The notes beneath the pieces are model-generated. The model had not been told where the DNA came from. It saw nothing but the letters and a program-made list of their open reading frames with translations, and ran no database searches. A program made the translations under genes and the position numbers. A stretch of 64,000 nucleotides of DNA from Minisyncoccota bacterium (GTDB lineage Bacteria > Patescibacteriota > Minisyncoccia > Phycocordibacterales > Zambryskibacteraceae), in assembly GCA_036517475.1 (NCBI GenBank), contig DATDVZ010000007.1, positions 1,706 to 65,705 on the forward strand, read 5' to 3'. Below, in pieces: positions 28,831 to 39,127 of the stretch (the first letter of the stretch is position 1; each line of letters begins with the position of its first letter).

Positions 28831-29613
28831 TCAAACTTTCCTTTGTTGCTCCTGAATTATTAATTCAATCGGACTATGGTCTGAAACTTTATTAGGAAGA
28901 ATGCGAGTATTTATTTTAGATTCAGTCGCAGTTTTTCGGTCAACAAAAAGATGATCAGTTTTTAGAGGAACTCTTATACCAAACTTAGCCAGAAATACTG
29001 CGATTCTATTTGTGAGTACTGGGACATTTTCAGTGTAACGGCTATCAAGAGTCGGGCCAATATCCTTTGTGACGCTCGCAAATTCCGGTGAGAGAATTGT
29101 GTTTGTTCTTCTAACTTCTCCCGGAAGACCGAGGTTAAAATCTCCTCCGAAAACAATTCGTGCAGCCGACGGCAGAGAGACTCTAAGAATTTCTTTTAAT
29201 TTTTTAGTTTCTCTCATACGTATGCCCAGCCTAAGTCCAGAATGTTGATGAACTGAGCCAATATATATCTCTCGTCCATCTTTCTCAAACTGTCCCAATA
29301 ATAATCCGAAGCCTGGATGTATGAGAAATGGCGTTGGGTGCATAAATGAAAATGAATGCAATGTGCTTTTCTTCAGTAAAAAGTTGTCTCGATAAAGAAT
29401 TGCAAGATGACTTTGTTTTCCGAGTTCATTATTAAAACCGTGAAGAATTTTATATGAAATTCCTTCTGGAATTGCGGCCATGGCAACTCCTGTAAATTCC
29501 TGAAGAAGCAGAAAATCATACTGGCCATCCTTAAGTACTTTATTCAAAAATTCTTTCAATCCCGTTTGATATCCTTTCTGGCAGTTAAGACTGAGAATTT
29601 TGATATCTTTCAT
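28831..29613 (-). CDS. endonuclease/exonuclease/phosphatase (EEP) family protein
   Basis: DFLLLQE and SDHSPIELII motifs. Confidence 0.55.
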   Translation of the reverse strand: MKDIKILSLNCQKGYQTGLKEFLNKVLKDGQYDFLLLQEFTGVAMAAIPEGISYKILHGFNNELGKQSHLAILYRDNFLLKKSTLHSFSFMHPTPFLIHPGFGLLLGQFEKDGREIYIGSVHQHSGLRLGIRMRETKKLKEILRVSLPSAARIVFGGDFNLGLPGEVRRTNTILSPEFASVTKDIGPTLDSRYTENVPVLTNRIAVFLAKFGIRVPLKTDHLFVDRKTATESKINTRILPNKVSDHSPIELIIQEQQRKV

Positions 29614-29639
29614 AATTTACAGCTCATAGAGTTAATACA

Positions 29640-30068
29640 CTATTTCCACAATTTAAAGCTGCCTGTTATTTCTTTGAGAATTTTTTTGTCGCCAAAAACT
29701 CCAACTCCTAAATAATCTAGAGACTCATCATTTTTTAGAGATATGGATTTCTCAAGTTCAATATCATCTGTAGTTTCAATCATATCTCTGATGAAATTTA
29801 TAGAGAGTAAATTTCTTCTTCTAATTTCTTGAATAAGCGGGTACAACTCTTCACTATTTGCACTTAACACCACAATCGCGTATTGAGAATTGCGCGGATG
29901 GGTAATTTTATCCTTACTTAAAAAATAGTTCCCTGTTCCAAAATTATCTTTAAGTTGATTGCCAAAATATGCGGAAATATGGGCAACAGTATTTAATACT
30001 TGCCAAGATTCCAAATCCTTTCTCACAACAATAACTATTCTTTTTGAAAAATCCTGAACCTTGTCCAT
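29640..30068 (-). CDS. PTH2-like / DUF2000-like protein
   Basis: KRIVIVVRKDLE...AHISA and GVGVFGDKKILKEITGSFKLW resemble peptidyl-tRNA hydrolase PTH2 fold pattern (weak). Confidence 0.4.
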   Translation of the reverse strand: MDKVQDFSKRIVIVVRKDLESWQVLNTVAHISAYFGNQLKDNFGTGNYFLSKDKITHPRNSQYAIVVLSANSEELYPLIQEIRRRNLLSINFIRDMIETTDDIELEKSISLKNDESLDYLGVGVFGDKKILKEITGSFKLWK

Positions 30069-30119
30069 TTATACAATATAGCAAACCCACAAGTTACCGT
30101 CTGGTATGAGATTGGAACT

Positions 30120-30500
30120 TTAATTAGATTCCAGAATAGTTTTTAGCTTTTCTATATTTGACTGTTTAAATGGGTTCAGCAATTCACCCTCTTCTACCCA
30201 TTCAAAGTATTCTAATTCTACCTTGTCCAAAGAGATATTATTGTAAGTATAACGAACCTTGTATGTAGAGGTGCTTAATTTGAGTTCAAAAATTTCACCA
30301 TCAACAAACTGAGTAACTTTGTAAATATTCTTATTTCCCTCTTTGTCAATATTTGTATATAAGGTACCCACTCTTATTGGCCTCTCATTAACCGCTTCTG
30401 AAACAATCCCGTCTATCCACTTTGGAGTATTGTCTGGTTCAGTTGTGAAATCAAAAACTGAAGGTGAATTAATTGTAATTTTGAGTTTATTTTCTTTCAT
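30120..30500 (-). CDS. hypothetical protein
   Basis: 126-aa ORF. Confidence 0.4.
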   Translation of the reverse strand: MKENKLKITINSPSVFDFTTEPDNTPKWIDGIVSEAVNERPIRVGTLYTNIDKEGNKNIYKVTQFVDGEIFELKLSTSTYKVRYTYNNISLDKVELEYFEWVEEGELLNPFKQSNIEKLKTILESN

Positions 30501-30543
30501 ACTCTTAGAATATCATGAGCTAGCTACATTTGTAGGGAAATCT

Positions 30544-31521
30544 TTATGAAATCTTGCAAACATAACCATCTGCAAAACAAACTAATACACCACTCGCACT
30601 AGATATCATTCCCCAGATGGCATTTTCTTTTTGCAGTGCGGGTTTAATTTCAATGATTTTTTTCAACTGATGACTATCCAAATCAAAAGAAAAAAGTTTC
30701 CCCAATCGTGTCCCTACAAGCAAAACTCCTTTTGAAAGCCGCTCTATACAGCTTATATCTTCACCGATATTGAATGATGTTATCAATTTAAAATTTTTGT
30801 CAAAAATAATTAGATCTCCCCAGCGAGTGCCTATGACAATGTTATTACCCATAATCTCAAGCCCCCATAGAGATGGGCCAAATCCACCCTTTAATCTTTT
30901 GTCACCGGTGTAGAATTTTTTAATATCTAGAAGTCGGACTTTTTTTCGAAAAAATTTCTTTCTCTCTACAATATAGAGAATGCCGTCATAATCCCCCGCA
31001 TAAATAACTTCATTTTTTGCGTCAAATTTTAAAGACCAAAGTCTTACTTTCTGTGAGGAAAGTTGAATTTTTGATTTCAGTCTTAGAGTTCGCGAATCTA
31101 TTATTTCTAATTTGCCAGAGCGCGTGGTTAGTATTATTTCCGATTTTTTACGATTTAGGATTGCGTTATAAACCCCCTTTCCATCTTTGTCGTCCCTGCT
31201 AATTAGTAGATTTCCCTGTTTATCAATGATAGTCATTGTATCTTTTTCTCCTTTGCAACCAACAAAAAGAGTGCCATTTGGCAAAACTAAGATGGTATAA
31301 ATCATTGACGGAAATAAAACCTTTCGGTTTGTAGTGAAAGTTTTACCCGTGCCTTTCTTTTTTAAAATATATAAAACTCCTTTAGCTTTGCGGGCAATAT
31401 TTTTTGAATATCTAACAGCTCTTCTATTCCAATTGCTTCCTCCGACATATAAATTTCCAGCGCTTTCAGCAGCCGCATATACAGAACTTGGAAACCGAAG
31501 TTTGTACTGAATTTTAATCAT
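30544..31521 (-). CDS. beta-propeller repeat protein (PQQ/WD-like), hypothetical
   Basis: Repeated G(T/D)..G.L...D blade-like segments (LFVGCKGEKD, IYAGDYDGILYIVE, VIGTRWGDLIIFD, LLVGTRLGKLFSFD). Confidence 0.45.
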   Translation of the reverse strand: MIKIQYKLRFPSSVYAAAESAGNLYVGGSNWNRRAVRYSKNIARKAKGVLYILKKKGTGKTFTTNRKVLFPSMIYTILVLPNGTLFVGCKGEKDTMTIIDKQGNLLISRDDKDGKGVYNAILNRKKSEIILTTRSGKLEIIDSRTLRLKSKIQLSSQKVRLWSLKFDAKNEVIYAGDYDGILYIVERKKFFRKKVRLLDIKKFYTGDKRLKGGFGPSLWGLEIMGNNIVIGTRWGDLIIFDKNFKLITSFNIGEDISCIERLSKGVLLVGTRLGKLFSFDLDSHQLKKIIEIKPALQKENAIWGMISSASGVLVCFADGYVCKIS

Positions 31522-31625
31522 TGTTTTCTTAAAAAATCCTGCACCTTATCCATTTATACAATATAGCAAACTAAGAGATTGTAAAAAAACCTCACATATT
31601 GTTGTGAGGTTTTGTCAGCTAACCT

Positions 31626-32828
31626 TTACTTCAGACGAAGCAGCGCGTTAGCTCTGGTTAAAACTTCCTTCATTTCTTCTATAGGAATGCCTCTCCAGAA
31701 TTCATCAACTTCCAGATTTCCTCCCAGAACCACCAGATCATGTTGAGAAAAGTAATAATCCTGACTCGGTTTTATCTCTGTTGGCCAGAGCTCTTTATCC
31801 CCTTCCGCTGCCGCCCACCTTAGCCTTTTGAAATGACTTGAATCTTGATTGTGATTTCTGAGAACATCAATCTTGCGAGAGATTACCCTTTCGGAAACAT
31901 GGCCTGGAATGTGCCCAACGCGAGCTACAGTACCGGGAAACATCCTTATTGCGATGTGTTCAGGTATTAGCTTGGGATTCCATTTCCGTAGATGACAAAG
32001 CATTTCAGAAAGTTCCTCTTGGTGCCCGCGCTTTGTGGCATAGTGGATCATATCAGGACCAGATACATCATAACGATCAATTCTTCCTGTCTGCCAGTAC
32101 TGTGCAAGCATGGTTGCAAGAGGCACCATCACCCCGTCATAACATGCGCCACCAACTGTAGTGAGAGGTTCATCACTAAATAGAAGTTTATCAAGCTCTT
32201 CAAGTACCTGCAGAAAAGAATCTGCCAAATCTTTCTGTTTGATTCCGCTTTCTTTGATCGGCCGCATAACACCAGATGAATCAATGAAGCGAGAAAAAAC
32301 AATACTTCCCCTAGTTTCTGCCAGATAGGAGAATACTTCCAAAACCTTTTCTCTCTCCTGAAGTAACAGCCGAGAGCAAGAAGAAATAACTCCCGGAAAC
32401 AAACCCTCGCAGACTCGGACATGAAATCTTCCAAGTCGCTCACCTGTTGTAGTTTTCTGATAAGCAGTAACGAATCTTCTGCTGTGATTCGTTTGTGACA
32501 TTACCTGCTGGTAGAAAGATTCCTGCACCAAAAGTTCTGCCTGACCACCCACCAGACGAAACATCGGCCAATTATTGGCATCACTCTTACAGCATGTCAC
32601 ATCCCAGAGGTGCTCCGGGATACCGCACTTCCAGAGAGTGAGTTTGTAAAGCGAAGCGTTACCAGGGTGTGAGGTTAGTGTCACAGGAGCGCCTGCAGAT
32701 TTAAGAGCAATCAGGTCGTTAATGCTCGAGGGGTTTACCTTGATCATTTTTCCTCCATATTTGTGGTTGATGTTTGTGTTTGTGAAAGAACAAAATAGGC
32801 CCCTTTCAAGGCCTATTTTTATGTTCAT
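31626..32828 (-). CDS. hypothetical protein (higher GC than neighbours)
   Basis: 400-aa ORF, no motif recognised. Confidence 0.4.
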   Translation of the reverse strand: MNIKIGLERGLFCSFTNTNINHKYGGKMIKVNPSSINDLIALKSAGAPVTLTSHPGNASLYKLTLWKCGIPEHLWDVTCCKSDANNWPMFRLVGGQAELLVQESFYQQVMSQTNHSRRFVTAYQKTTTGERLGRFHVRVCEGLFPGVISSCSRLLLQEREKVLEVFSYLAETRGSIVFSRFIDSSGVMRPIKESGIKQKDLADSFLQVLEELDKLLFSDEPLTTVGGACYDGVMVPLATMLAQYWQTGRIDRYDVSGPDMIHYATKRGHQEELSEMLCHLRKWNPKLIPEHIAIRMFPGTVARVGHIPGHVSERVISRKIDVLRNHNQDSSHFKRLRWAAAEGDKELWPTEIKPSQDYYFSQHDLVVLGGNLEVDEFWRGIPIEEMKEVLTRANALLRLK

Positions 32829-32951
32829 TATTGGAGCTTCTATTTAGACAGTTAGGTAAGATGAACGCAAAAATTGACCCTCAAAGCGGGGGCATTCCAA
32901 TAGAAAGCAAAATGCATAGCTTTCAGGTCAATTTTTGGTTGTTTTGAAACC

Positions 32952-33581
32952 ATGTTAAAATTTTGTACCAATACGCAAATTATGTCAAGCATATCAAATG
33001 AAAAAATAATTATTGATAGTGATATGTCTTTAGAAGAAGCTCTTGCCACCAATCCTCAAAATCCGGCTCCAAAAGAAGTTCTGCAAATGATGGAAATGAT
33101 TTCAGTTGATTATTTTGGTTTTGACGGATCAATACATAGAGGTCTGATTGTTGTAAACAAAGATGTGATTGATGATATTAAAAAATTTTTTGAATTAGCA
33201 CAAGAATTGAAGTTTCCCATCAAAAGCGTTATCCCAATAAGTAATAGAAAATATTCTTGGGATGATAATACATCATGTGAAGACAATAATTCCTCCGGTT
33301 TCAACTACAGATTGGTGGCAGGAACAAATAGAATTTCAAAACACTCAGACGGACGAGCATTTGATATTAATCCTGTTCAGAATATTTATATCAGATACGA
33401 AAATATGAAAGAAACCTTCAGAGCGCCAACTGATGGTATATATGAGATAGGAGTTTTAGGAACTCTTTCTGCTGATAGCCTCCTTGTTTTACTGATGAAA
33501 AAATTGGGTTGGGACTGGGGCGGAGACTGGACACCCGAATTAGGCAGAATTGACTATCAGCACTTTGAGAAAAATACTTAA
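32952..33581 (+). CDS. M15-family zinc D-Ala-D-Ala carboxypeptidase-like protein
   Basis: HSDGRAFDI and C-terminal DYQHFE match H-x-x-G-x-A-x-D ... H-F-E signature of M15 peptidases. Confidence 0.5.
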   Translation: MLKFCTNTQIMSSISNEKIIIDSDMSLEEALATNPQNPAPKEVLQMMEMISVDYFGFDGSIHRGLIVVNKDVIDDIKKFFELAQELKFPIKSVIPISNRKYSWDDNTSCEDNNSSGFNYRLVAGTNRISKHSDGRAFDINPVQNIYIRYENMKETFRAPTDGIYEIGVLGTLSADSLLVLLMKKLGWDWGGDWTPELGRIDYQHFEKNT

Positions 33582-33622
33582 AAAAAATTTAGAAATCTAA
33601 AATTAATTTGTATATTCTTTAA

Positions 33623-34798
33623 TCATTTATGTGTCCTTTTCATTTTGTTATCTTCTTGGCATTTTTGCATCAGGACGCCGTATAAGTCCACAAGTTTTTG
33701 AGCAATGATGTTGCTGGAAAACTGTTTGGCCGTTTTCATTGCTTCTGAAGAAAGACTTTTACGAAAATCCTTATCCCTAATTAACAACTTAGTTTTTTCA
33801 ATTGCTTCAGCTTGTGAAGAGACAATGAAACCATTTTCTCCATTTCGAATAATCTCTGGAGCAACACCAACTGGATATACTATAGGCACAAGCCCTTGAG
33901 ACATTCCTTCGATAAGAGAAAGGGAGAACCCTTCATACCGTGACGGGATGAATAGAATGCTGCCGCGCAATGGATTTAATAAAGATGGAAGTTTATCTTT
34001 CTCTACATTTGAAAACACCGTATGATTTGCAATCTCAGATCTAAGCCAGGAAAGAAGTGGTTTGTTAGTACTTATACAAAAAGTTAATTTTTGTATATCG
34101 GGAAATTGTTGATATAAATGCAAAAGTCTATCAACTCCTTTCAATTTCAAAGTAAAAGCGTCACTTCCTAGTCTGCCGAGAAATACTATGCTCGGGTTGT
34201 CTACCAACTCCTGAGAGGGTGTGTCGAACCAATAGTCTTCTATTGCATTGTGTATTAGATGTATATTCCCCTCAGGTATTTTGGCCGCCAAGAGCTCTCG
34301 TTTTACGTTTTCTGATGTCGCTATTACCGCGGTTGCGCGAGAAGCCACATATTCTTCTATATCGGCAATGTCACGAAGCGGTCGTCGTGTCTTAACATTC
34401 AGTTCGGTGATCGCGCCATGCTTCTTGAGGATATACCAAAACTTTCTTGTAACCTTTTCAAGATTATTGGCCATTGGCGTAGCATTCAAAAATCCGCGAG
34501 TAGTTGACCCAAAATGACTAACTACTGGCACGGGATAGGCCAGAAATGGCAAAGGTGTATAGGTGGTTCCTTGAATGATATTGAATTTTAAAATCTCTTT
34601 TCTTCGTTCAAGAAGTGAGTAGAAGAAGAGGATACTTTTAATTCCCCCTAAATGTGCCGGCGTATCTACAAGTGAAGTTCTTGGGTAGAAGTTTTTTATT
34701 TCCACACCATCCTCATTTAACTTAGATGCCATTAGGTCATTAATATAATGAGCACCTGTGCCAATTTTCTTTTCGTTGTGTATAAATGCAACCTTCAT
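33623..34798 (-). CDS. glycosyltransferase family 1
   Basis: 391 aa, GT-B fold C-terminal EGFSLSLIEGMSQGLVPIV motif. Confidence 0.6.
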   Translation of the reverse strand: MKVAFIHNEKKIGTGAHYINDLMASKLNEDGVEIKNFYPRTSLVDTPAHLGGIKSILFFYSLLERRKEILKFNIIQGTTYTPLPFLAYPVPVVSHFGSTTRGFLNATPMANNLEKVTRKFWYILKKHGAITELNVKTRRPLRDIADIEEYVASRATAVIATSENVKRELLAAKIPEGNIHLIHNAIEDYWFDTPSQELVDNPSIVFLGRLGSDAFTLKLKGVDRLLHLYQQFPDIQKLTFCISTNKPLLSWLRSEIANHTVFSNVEKDKLPSLLNPLRGSILFIPSRYEGFSLSLIEGMSQGLVPIVYPVGVAPEIIRNGENGFIVSSQAEAIEKTKLLIRDKDFRKSLSSEAMKTAKQFSSNIIAQKLVDLYGVLMQKCQEDNKMKRTHK

Positions 34799-34999
34799 GG
34801 TTAAAAAGCACCCATTATTAACCTTAACAAAATTTAGAACACCTGATGCATTTTTCCTGCCCCGTTCTAGTTTTAATATATTTATTTCCGCAGGAACAGA
34901 TCAAAATCTTGGTAGCATGGGGTTTTACAATCCACTTGCCGTCTTTTTGGAAGTGCTTTTTTGAAACTTTTAGGTTTGGTTTGATTTTTTGAGACACGG

Positions 35000-36253
35000 T
35001 TATTCAAGAAATGTCAGGGCTTTGCCCACCTTATTGCCACGCCCGGTTCTACCAATGCGGTGTACGTAATCATCGTATGTTGCCGGAATATCAAAGTTAA
35101 TGACGTGGCTCACACCGGTGATGTCCAGACCGCGAGCGGCTACATCTGTTGCCACCAAGACTTGTGAGTGCCCGCGCTTAAATCCTTCAAGAGCGCGCTG
35201 CCTTTGCGACTGGCTTTTATTTCCATGGATAGATTCTGCTCTGAAATTCCGTTTACTAAGTTCACGGGAGAGTTTCTCAACTCCGTGTTTTGTTCTTCCA
35301 AAAATAAGAACTTTACTGAAGTCAGTTTGTTTTAATAAGTCAGAGAGCAGATCAATTTTTGTGCGGCCGGGAAGAACCTTGATTATATCCTGATCAACGC
35401 TCTTGGGTGTCTCACGGGTTTTCACGGAAATCCTGATCGGTTCGCGCAAAAATTCTCCAATAAGTTTTTCAACCTCGGGAGAGATCGTAGCGGAGAAAAA
35501 CAAACTCTGCCTTATTTTAGGCATTAAAGAAACAACATAACGCATGTCATTTACAAACCCCATATCAAGCATTCGATCTGCTTCATCTAGAACTATGTTT
35601 GCAAAAGTCCCAAGATTAATCATTTTGCGGGCAATTAAATCCTTCAGCCGACCCGGAGTGCCTATAATAAAATTATTAAAATGCCTCAAATCTCTCATTT
35701 GTGCAGTGATACTGGCTCCACCAACACAACAAACGGAAAAAATATTCATCATCTGTGTAAAACTTTGCAGTTCTTCTTTAATCTGCATGGCAAGTTCGCG
35801 AGTGGGCACGACAATAAGCACCTGCTCTTTTCTGTTGGCTAGAACTTTATTAATCAGTGGAATAAGAAAAGCTGCGGTTTTGCCGGTTCCGGTGTTTGCA
35901 ACTCCCACAAGGTCCGCCCCTTTAAGAATATGCGGAATACTTCTATCTTGTATGGGAGTGGGGTCCTTGTAACCACGAGCTTGAATTGTTTTCTTCAAAC
36001 GTTCGTCAATTTGAAAATCGGCAAAGGAATGCTCCGGTACAAAGTGTTCTATTTCTTCTGTGATTACTGCCTTATTGATAAAACGAGAGGGATCAATGTA
36101 TTGACCTCTGTTTCCTCGTCCGCGAGAAGGTCCTCCTCTATGTGTCATTCGAGATCTTGAAGTTGAAGTAAATTTTGATCGAGATCCGCCAACTGGCGGA
36201 AAACTCTGCGCCACCCTGTGACGAGAGGAATTAGAAAATTGTTTTTTATACAT
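35000..36253 (-). CDS. DEAD-box ATP-dependent RNA helicase
   Basis: Q motif, GTGKTAAF, DEAD, SAT, HRIGRTGRG; Arg/Gly-rich C-terminal tail. Confidence 0.85.
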   Translation of the reverse strand: MYKKQFSNSSRHRVAQSFPPVGGSRSKFTSTSRSRMTHRGGPSRGRGNRGQYIDPSRFINKAVITEEIEHFVPEHSFADFQIDERLKKTIQARGYKDPTPIQDRSIPHILKGADLVGVANTGTGKTAAFLIPLINKVLANRKEQVLIVVPTRELAMQIKEELQSFTQMMNIFSVCCVGGASITAQMRDLRHFNNFIIGTPGRLKDLIARKMINLGTFANIVLDEADRMLDMGFVNDMRYVVSLMPKIRQSLFFSATISPEVEKLIGEFLREPIRISVKTRETPKSVDQDIIKVLPGRTKIDLLSDLLKQTDFSKVLIFGRTKHGVEKLSRELSKRNFRAESIHGNKSQSQRQRALEGFKRGHSQVLVATDVAARGLDITGVSHVINFDIPATYDDYVHRIGRTGRGNKVGKALTFLE

Positions 36254-36574
36254 TACAAAATATTTAGAGTTTTAACTCTTAACTTCTAGTCATTAATGTA
36301 AATTGCGACTAGGCTCTCGCAAGTTTTAAAGAAGTTTTAACTCCAACAAGGCAAGCGCCTATGAAACCATTGAGATTTAAGTTACCTCATAATAGTATAC
36401 CAAAACAGATATTTTGTCAACATTTTGGGAAGTGCTATATCATACTGGCCAACTCGAGCTTGAACCGTAGTCGGCCAAGCCCAGATTTGCCTGCCCGTCC
36501 GTAGCTCGATGCAAAGGAGGAATGGAATTAACTTATTTTACACTATCCAAACGACGGGTCCTGAGCGCAAGTAA

Positions 36575-37654
36575 TTATAATAAATTCTCAACTGCTTTAT
36601 GAACTCTTATATATAAGGCCGCGCTCCAAATTTGTTCAGCACTACCATATCCCTTACCAGTTAGAGGATCATAAAATTCAAAAAATCCATCTAAATTACT
36701 CCATTTACTGAATTGTCTTAGCGCTATTTCAGTAGCTCCAGATTTGAGAGCCGCCAAAATCATAAATCCATGTATGAACGGCCAGATCACTCCGAATTGA
36801 TTAGTTTTTAACATTATCTCTGTTTCTTCTTTAGATTTAGGCGGTAAAGTCACACCGTTTAACTTGTAGCCATATGAGGTATCTAATACTTCAGCACTCT
36901 GTAAAATTAAAGGAAGATATTCAGTCGGAGCAATCTCAAATAATATTGCCAAAGCATTACCCAGGGTGTCAAAATCATCAACTCCAACATAATCACGATA
37001 ATATTTGCCAGTCCATAATTTTTCGTTAATAGTCCTTTTTAGTTTTTCTGCCTTACTAGCTTCGCCTAGTAATTTATATCCTTGAAATAAAAAACAATTA
37101 TTAGTAAGTAAGAACTTATCATCCAAATCGGGGCAAGTATCCCGCCAGTCGCCACCAAAGACCAAGCCATCTTTCATAAGATTTTTTTCTACATAAGCTA
37201 GGGCATTACTAATTCGTTCTTTATTTTCGCTCAGCAGCTTCTGGTCATTTGTTTTTATAACATACTTCATTATTCCTAGAACAAATAGGATTTCTGAATC
37301 TTTAGTCCATGGGGATAATTGTCCAATGCCGTCCTTGCTAAAATATCCTCTCAAAAGAAAAGAGATTCTTCGATTAGATATACTGTTCCAGATTTTAATA
37401 GCTAGCCATTTAACGGTATTATCCAAAAACATAATAGGCATTCTCCCGTCTGAATATTGATGCCTTGCTAAGTTCTCAATATGCTTTTTGACAATATCGT
37501 CCTTGCCCCACTCAAGTAACAAATCCTCTGTTGCAATAACAAAATCTCTAGTCCAGCACTGATATTTATATCTAAAAGAACTGGCCCAAACTCCATTTTT
37601 ACCAATACAACCCTCGACTATCTTTTTTGCTTCTTCTAGTTTTAATTCGTTCAT
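36575..37654 (-). CDS. (alpha/alpha)6-barrel glycoside hydrolase-like protein (GH15/GH63-like)
   Basis: CWTRDFV and overall pattern resembling glucoamylase/trehalase-like six-hairpin glycosidases (moderate). Confidence 0.45.
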   Translation of the reverse strand: MNELKLEEAKKIVEGCIGKNGVWASSFRYKYQCWTRDFVIATEDLLLEWGKDDIVKKHIENLARHQYSDGRMPIMFLDNTVKWLAIKIWNSISNRRISFLLRGYFSKDGIGQLSPWTKDSEILFVLGIMKYVIKTNDQKLLSENKERISNALAYVEKNLMKDGLVFGGDWRDTCPDLDDKFLLTNNCFLFQGYKLLGEASKAEKLKRTINEKLWTGKYYRDYVGVDDFDTLGNALAILFEIAPTEYLPLILQSAEVLDTSYGYKLNGVTLPPKSKEETEIMLKTNQFGVIWPFIHGFMILAALKSGATEIALRQFSKWSNLDGFFEFYDPLTGKGYGSAEQIWSAALYIRVHKAVENLL

Positions 37655-38259
37655 ATTGTTAAATCCAACACTTCCATAAGATATTTAATTTTCTCAACTT
37701 CCTCAACATACTCTGCTCTTTGTTCCAAGCCAATTTTATCTCGCCATCCGATTTTTTCTTCAATAATGTATTGCGGTCTCAGGAATAGTGCTTTTTCGCC
37801 CAAGAATTCTATTTCCTCGCTTGCTTCTTTGGCACTGGTACTTAATTTTAGTTCTTTGCCTAGTAAAGGAATAGTTACCCTGCTGTTTTCATCTTCCCAA
37901 AAATAATGAATATCACAATGACAGTGCATTGGACTACCTGGCTCTGCCTGATCCACCTTTAAACACTCACCCTTAACTTTATCTGGCTCATATACTGTAT
38001 GCCCCTCTGATTCTAGGAATATCTTAATTTTTTGAGCGGTATCCCTGGGGGTCATTAAATCCGCATCGCGATGTTGACGAGTTAAATAACCAAAATGAGC
38101 ATCAGTTGCTAATCCTGACAAGAATATAACTTGCCAACCCTCGTTAATCGCCTGCCTAGCTATTATTTTATATATAGCAACTGCTTTTAAGGTTCTCTCG
38201 CTGGGCTGACTTAATACGGGATATTTTTTCTGAAGTTGATTTAATAATTTATCATTCAT
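37651..38259 (-). CDS. nucleotidyltransferase-fold protein (ANT(2'')-like)
   Basis: GLATDAHFGYLTRQHRDADL fits hGS...D.D nucleotidyltransferase motif. Confidence 0.4.
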   Translation of the reverse strand: MNDKLLNQLQKKYPVLSQPSERTLKAVAIYKIIARQAINEGWQVIFLSGLATDAHFGYLTRQHRDADLMTPRDTAQKIKIFLESEGHTVYEPDKVKGECLKVDQAEPGSPMHCHCDIHYFWEDENSRVTIPLLGKELKLSTSAKEASEEIEFLGEKALFLRPQYIIEEKIGWRDKIGLEQRAEYVEEVEKIKYLMEVLDLTI

Positions 38260-38321
38260 ATTTTACGCTCCTTGAGCATCTCTCAAGTTGTCTGGCCGTC
38301 TCGAGCTAGCTCAAAGTGGTT

Positions 38322-38576
38322 TTATAATACTGGTTTACCAAACTCTATCAAATTTAGTTTCTTCTCACGTCGCCAACCTTTGAGTTGAGCCTCTCGTTTT
38401 AGTGCTGAACTTCTATCTTGATGTTTTTCTGTATATAACACGCTAACGACTTTACTTGATTTCGTATAATGACCACCTTTTCCGTTTTTGTGCTCATTAA
38501 AGCGCCTATTAACATCTGTTGTAATGCCTGTATATAAAGTTCCATTTCCACATTTTAAAATATATACAAAATACAT
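38322..38576 (-). CDS. GIY-YIG nuclease domain protein (YhbQ/UPF0213-like)
   Basis: FVYILKCGNGTLYTGITTDVNRRFNEH GIY-YIG core. Confidence 0.7.
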   Translation of the reverse strand: MYFVYILKCGNGTLYTGITTDVNRRFNEHKNGKGGHYTKSSKVVSVLYTEKHQDRSSALKREAQLKGWRREKKLNLIEFGKPVL

Positions 38577-38670
38577 AAAGGCTTCGGTTCCGGGCTTCGA
38601 CTGATCTCAGCCGAATGTCCTCAGCCCACTTCGCCTGGCTCGCACTGAGCGAGCGTAGCGAGTCGAAGTG

Positions 38671-38741
38671 CTGCCGGACTTGGACTCGAACCAAGATACT
38701 CGCCTCCAAAGGGCGATGTCCTACCATTAGACGATCCGGCA
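38671..38741 (-). tRNA. tRNA-Gln (anticodon UUG)
   Basis: Manual fold: acceptor UGCCGGA/UCCGGCA, D arm GUCU..GGAC, anticodon stem UCGCC/GGCGA with loop CUUUGGA, T arm CUUGG-UUCGAGU-CCAAG, discriminator G; CCA not encoded. Confidence 0.7.
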
Positions 38742-38777
38742 ATACGAAAAATATACCATAAAAAATAACAATATTTC

Positions 38778-38807
38778 TATTTGTTAATTCGCTCGAATTA
38801 ACAAATA
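38778..38807. promoter_or_regulatory. 30-bp palindrome TATTTGTTAATTCG-CT-CGAATTAACAAATA (downstream copy)
   Basis: Near-identical to 39128-39157; between ArsR stop and tRNA-Gln. Confidence 0.55.
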
Positions 38808-38838
38808 AGTAGGTAAAAATAATATTGCCATGCTAAAA

Positions 38839-39099
38839 CTATAACTCCTCAATTATTTTTGAAGCAATTCTTTCTAACTTTTTTGATAATGAATAATACA
38901 TCTCAAGGCTTCTCTGTTCCTTGTCTACTATATCCACGTTAAATAAAATCAAGAGATGTCTAGAGGTAGCACTGAATGATAGTTTTATCGCACCGGCAAT
39001 CTCGCCTACAGTTGCTTCGTTATTCTTTTTTAAATATGAAAGTATCGCAAGTCTCCGTTTATTACCAATTGCCTTTAATATTTTTTCTAATTGCTTCAT
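38839..39099 (-). CDS. ArsR/SmtB-family transcriptional regulator
   Basis: 86 aa; RLAILSYLKKNNEATVGEIAGAIKLSFSATSRHL HTH. Confidence 0.7.
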   Translation of the reverse strand: MKQLEKILKAIGNKRRLAILSYLKKNNEATVGEIAGAIKLSFSATSRHLLILFNVDIVDKEQRSLEMYYSLSKKLERIASKIIEEL

Positions 39100-39127
39100 T
39101 ATTATTGTTTTTTATTTTTAATAGTCT

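Noticed and set aside
36254-36575. Structured 5' leader upstream of the DEAD-box helicase gene (cold-shock-type regulation)
   Set aside because: Several weak hairpins are visible but none with clear conservation or known motif. Cannot be supported from sequence alone.
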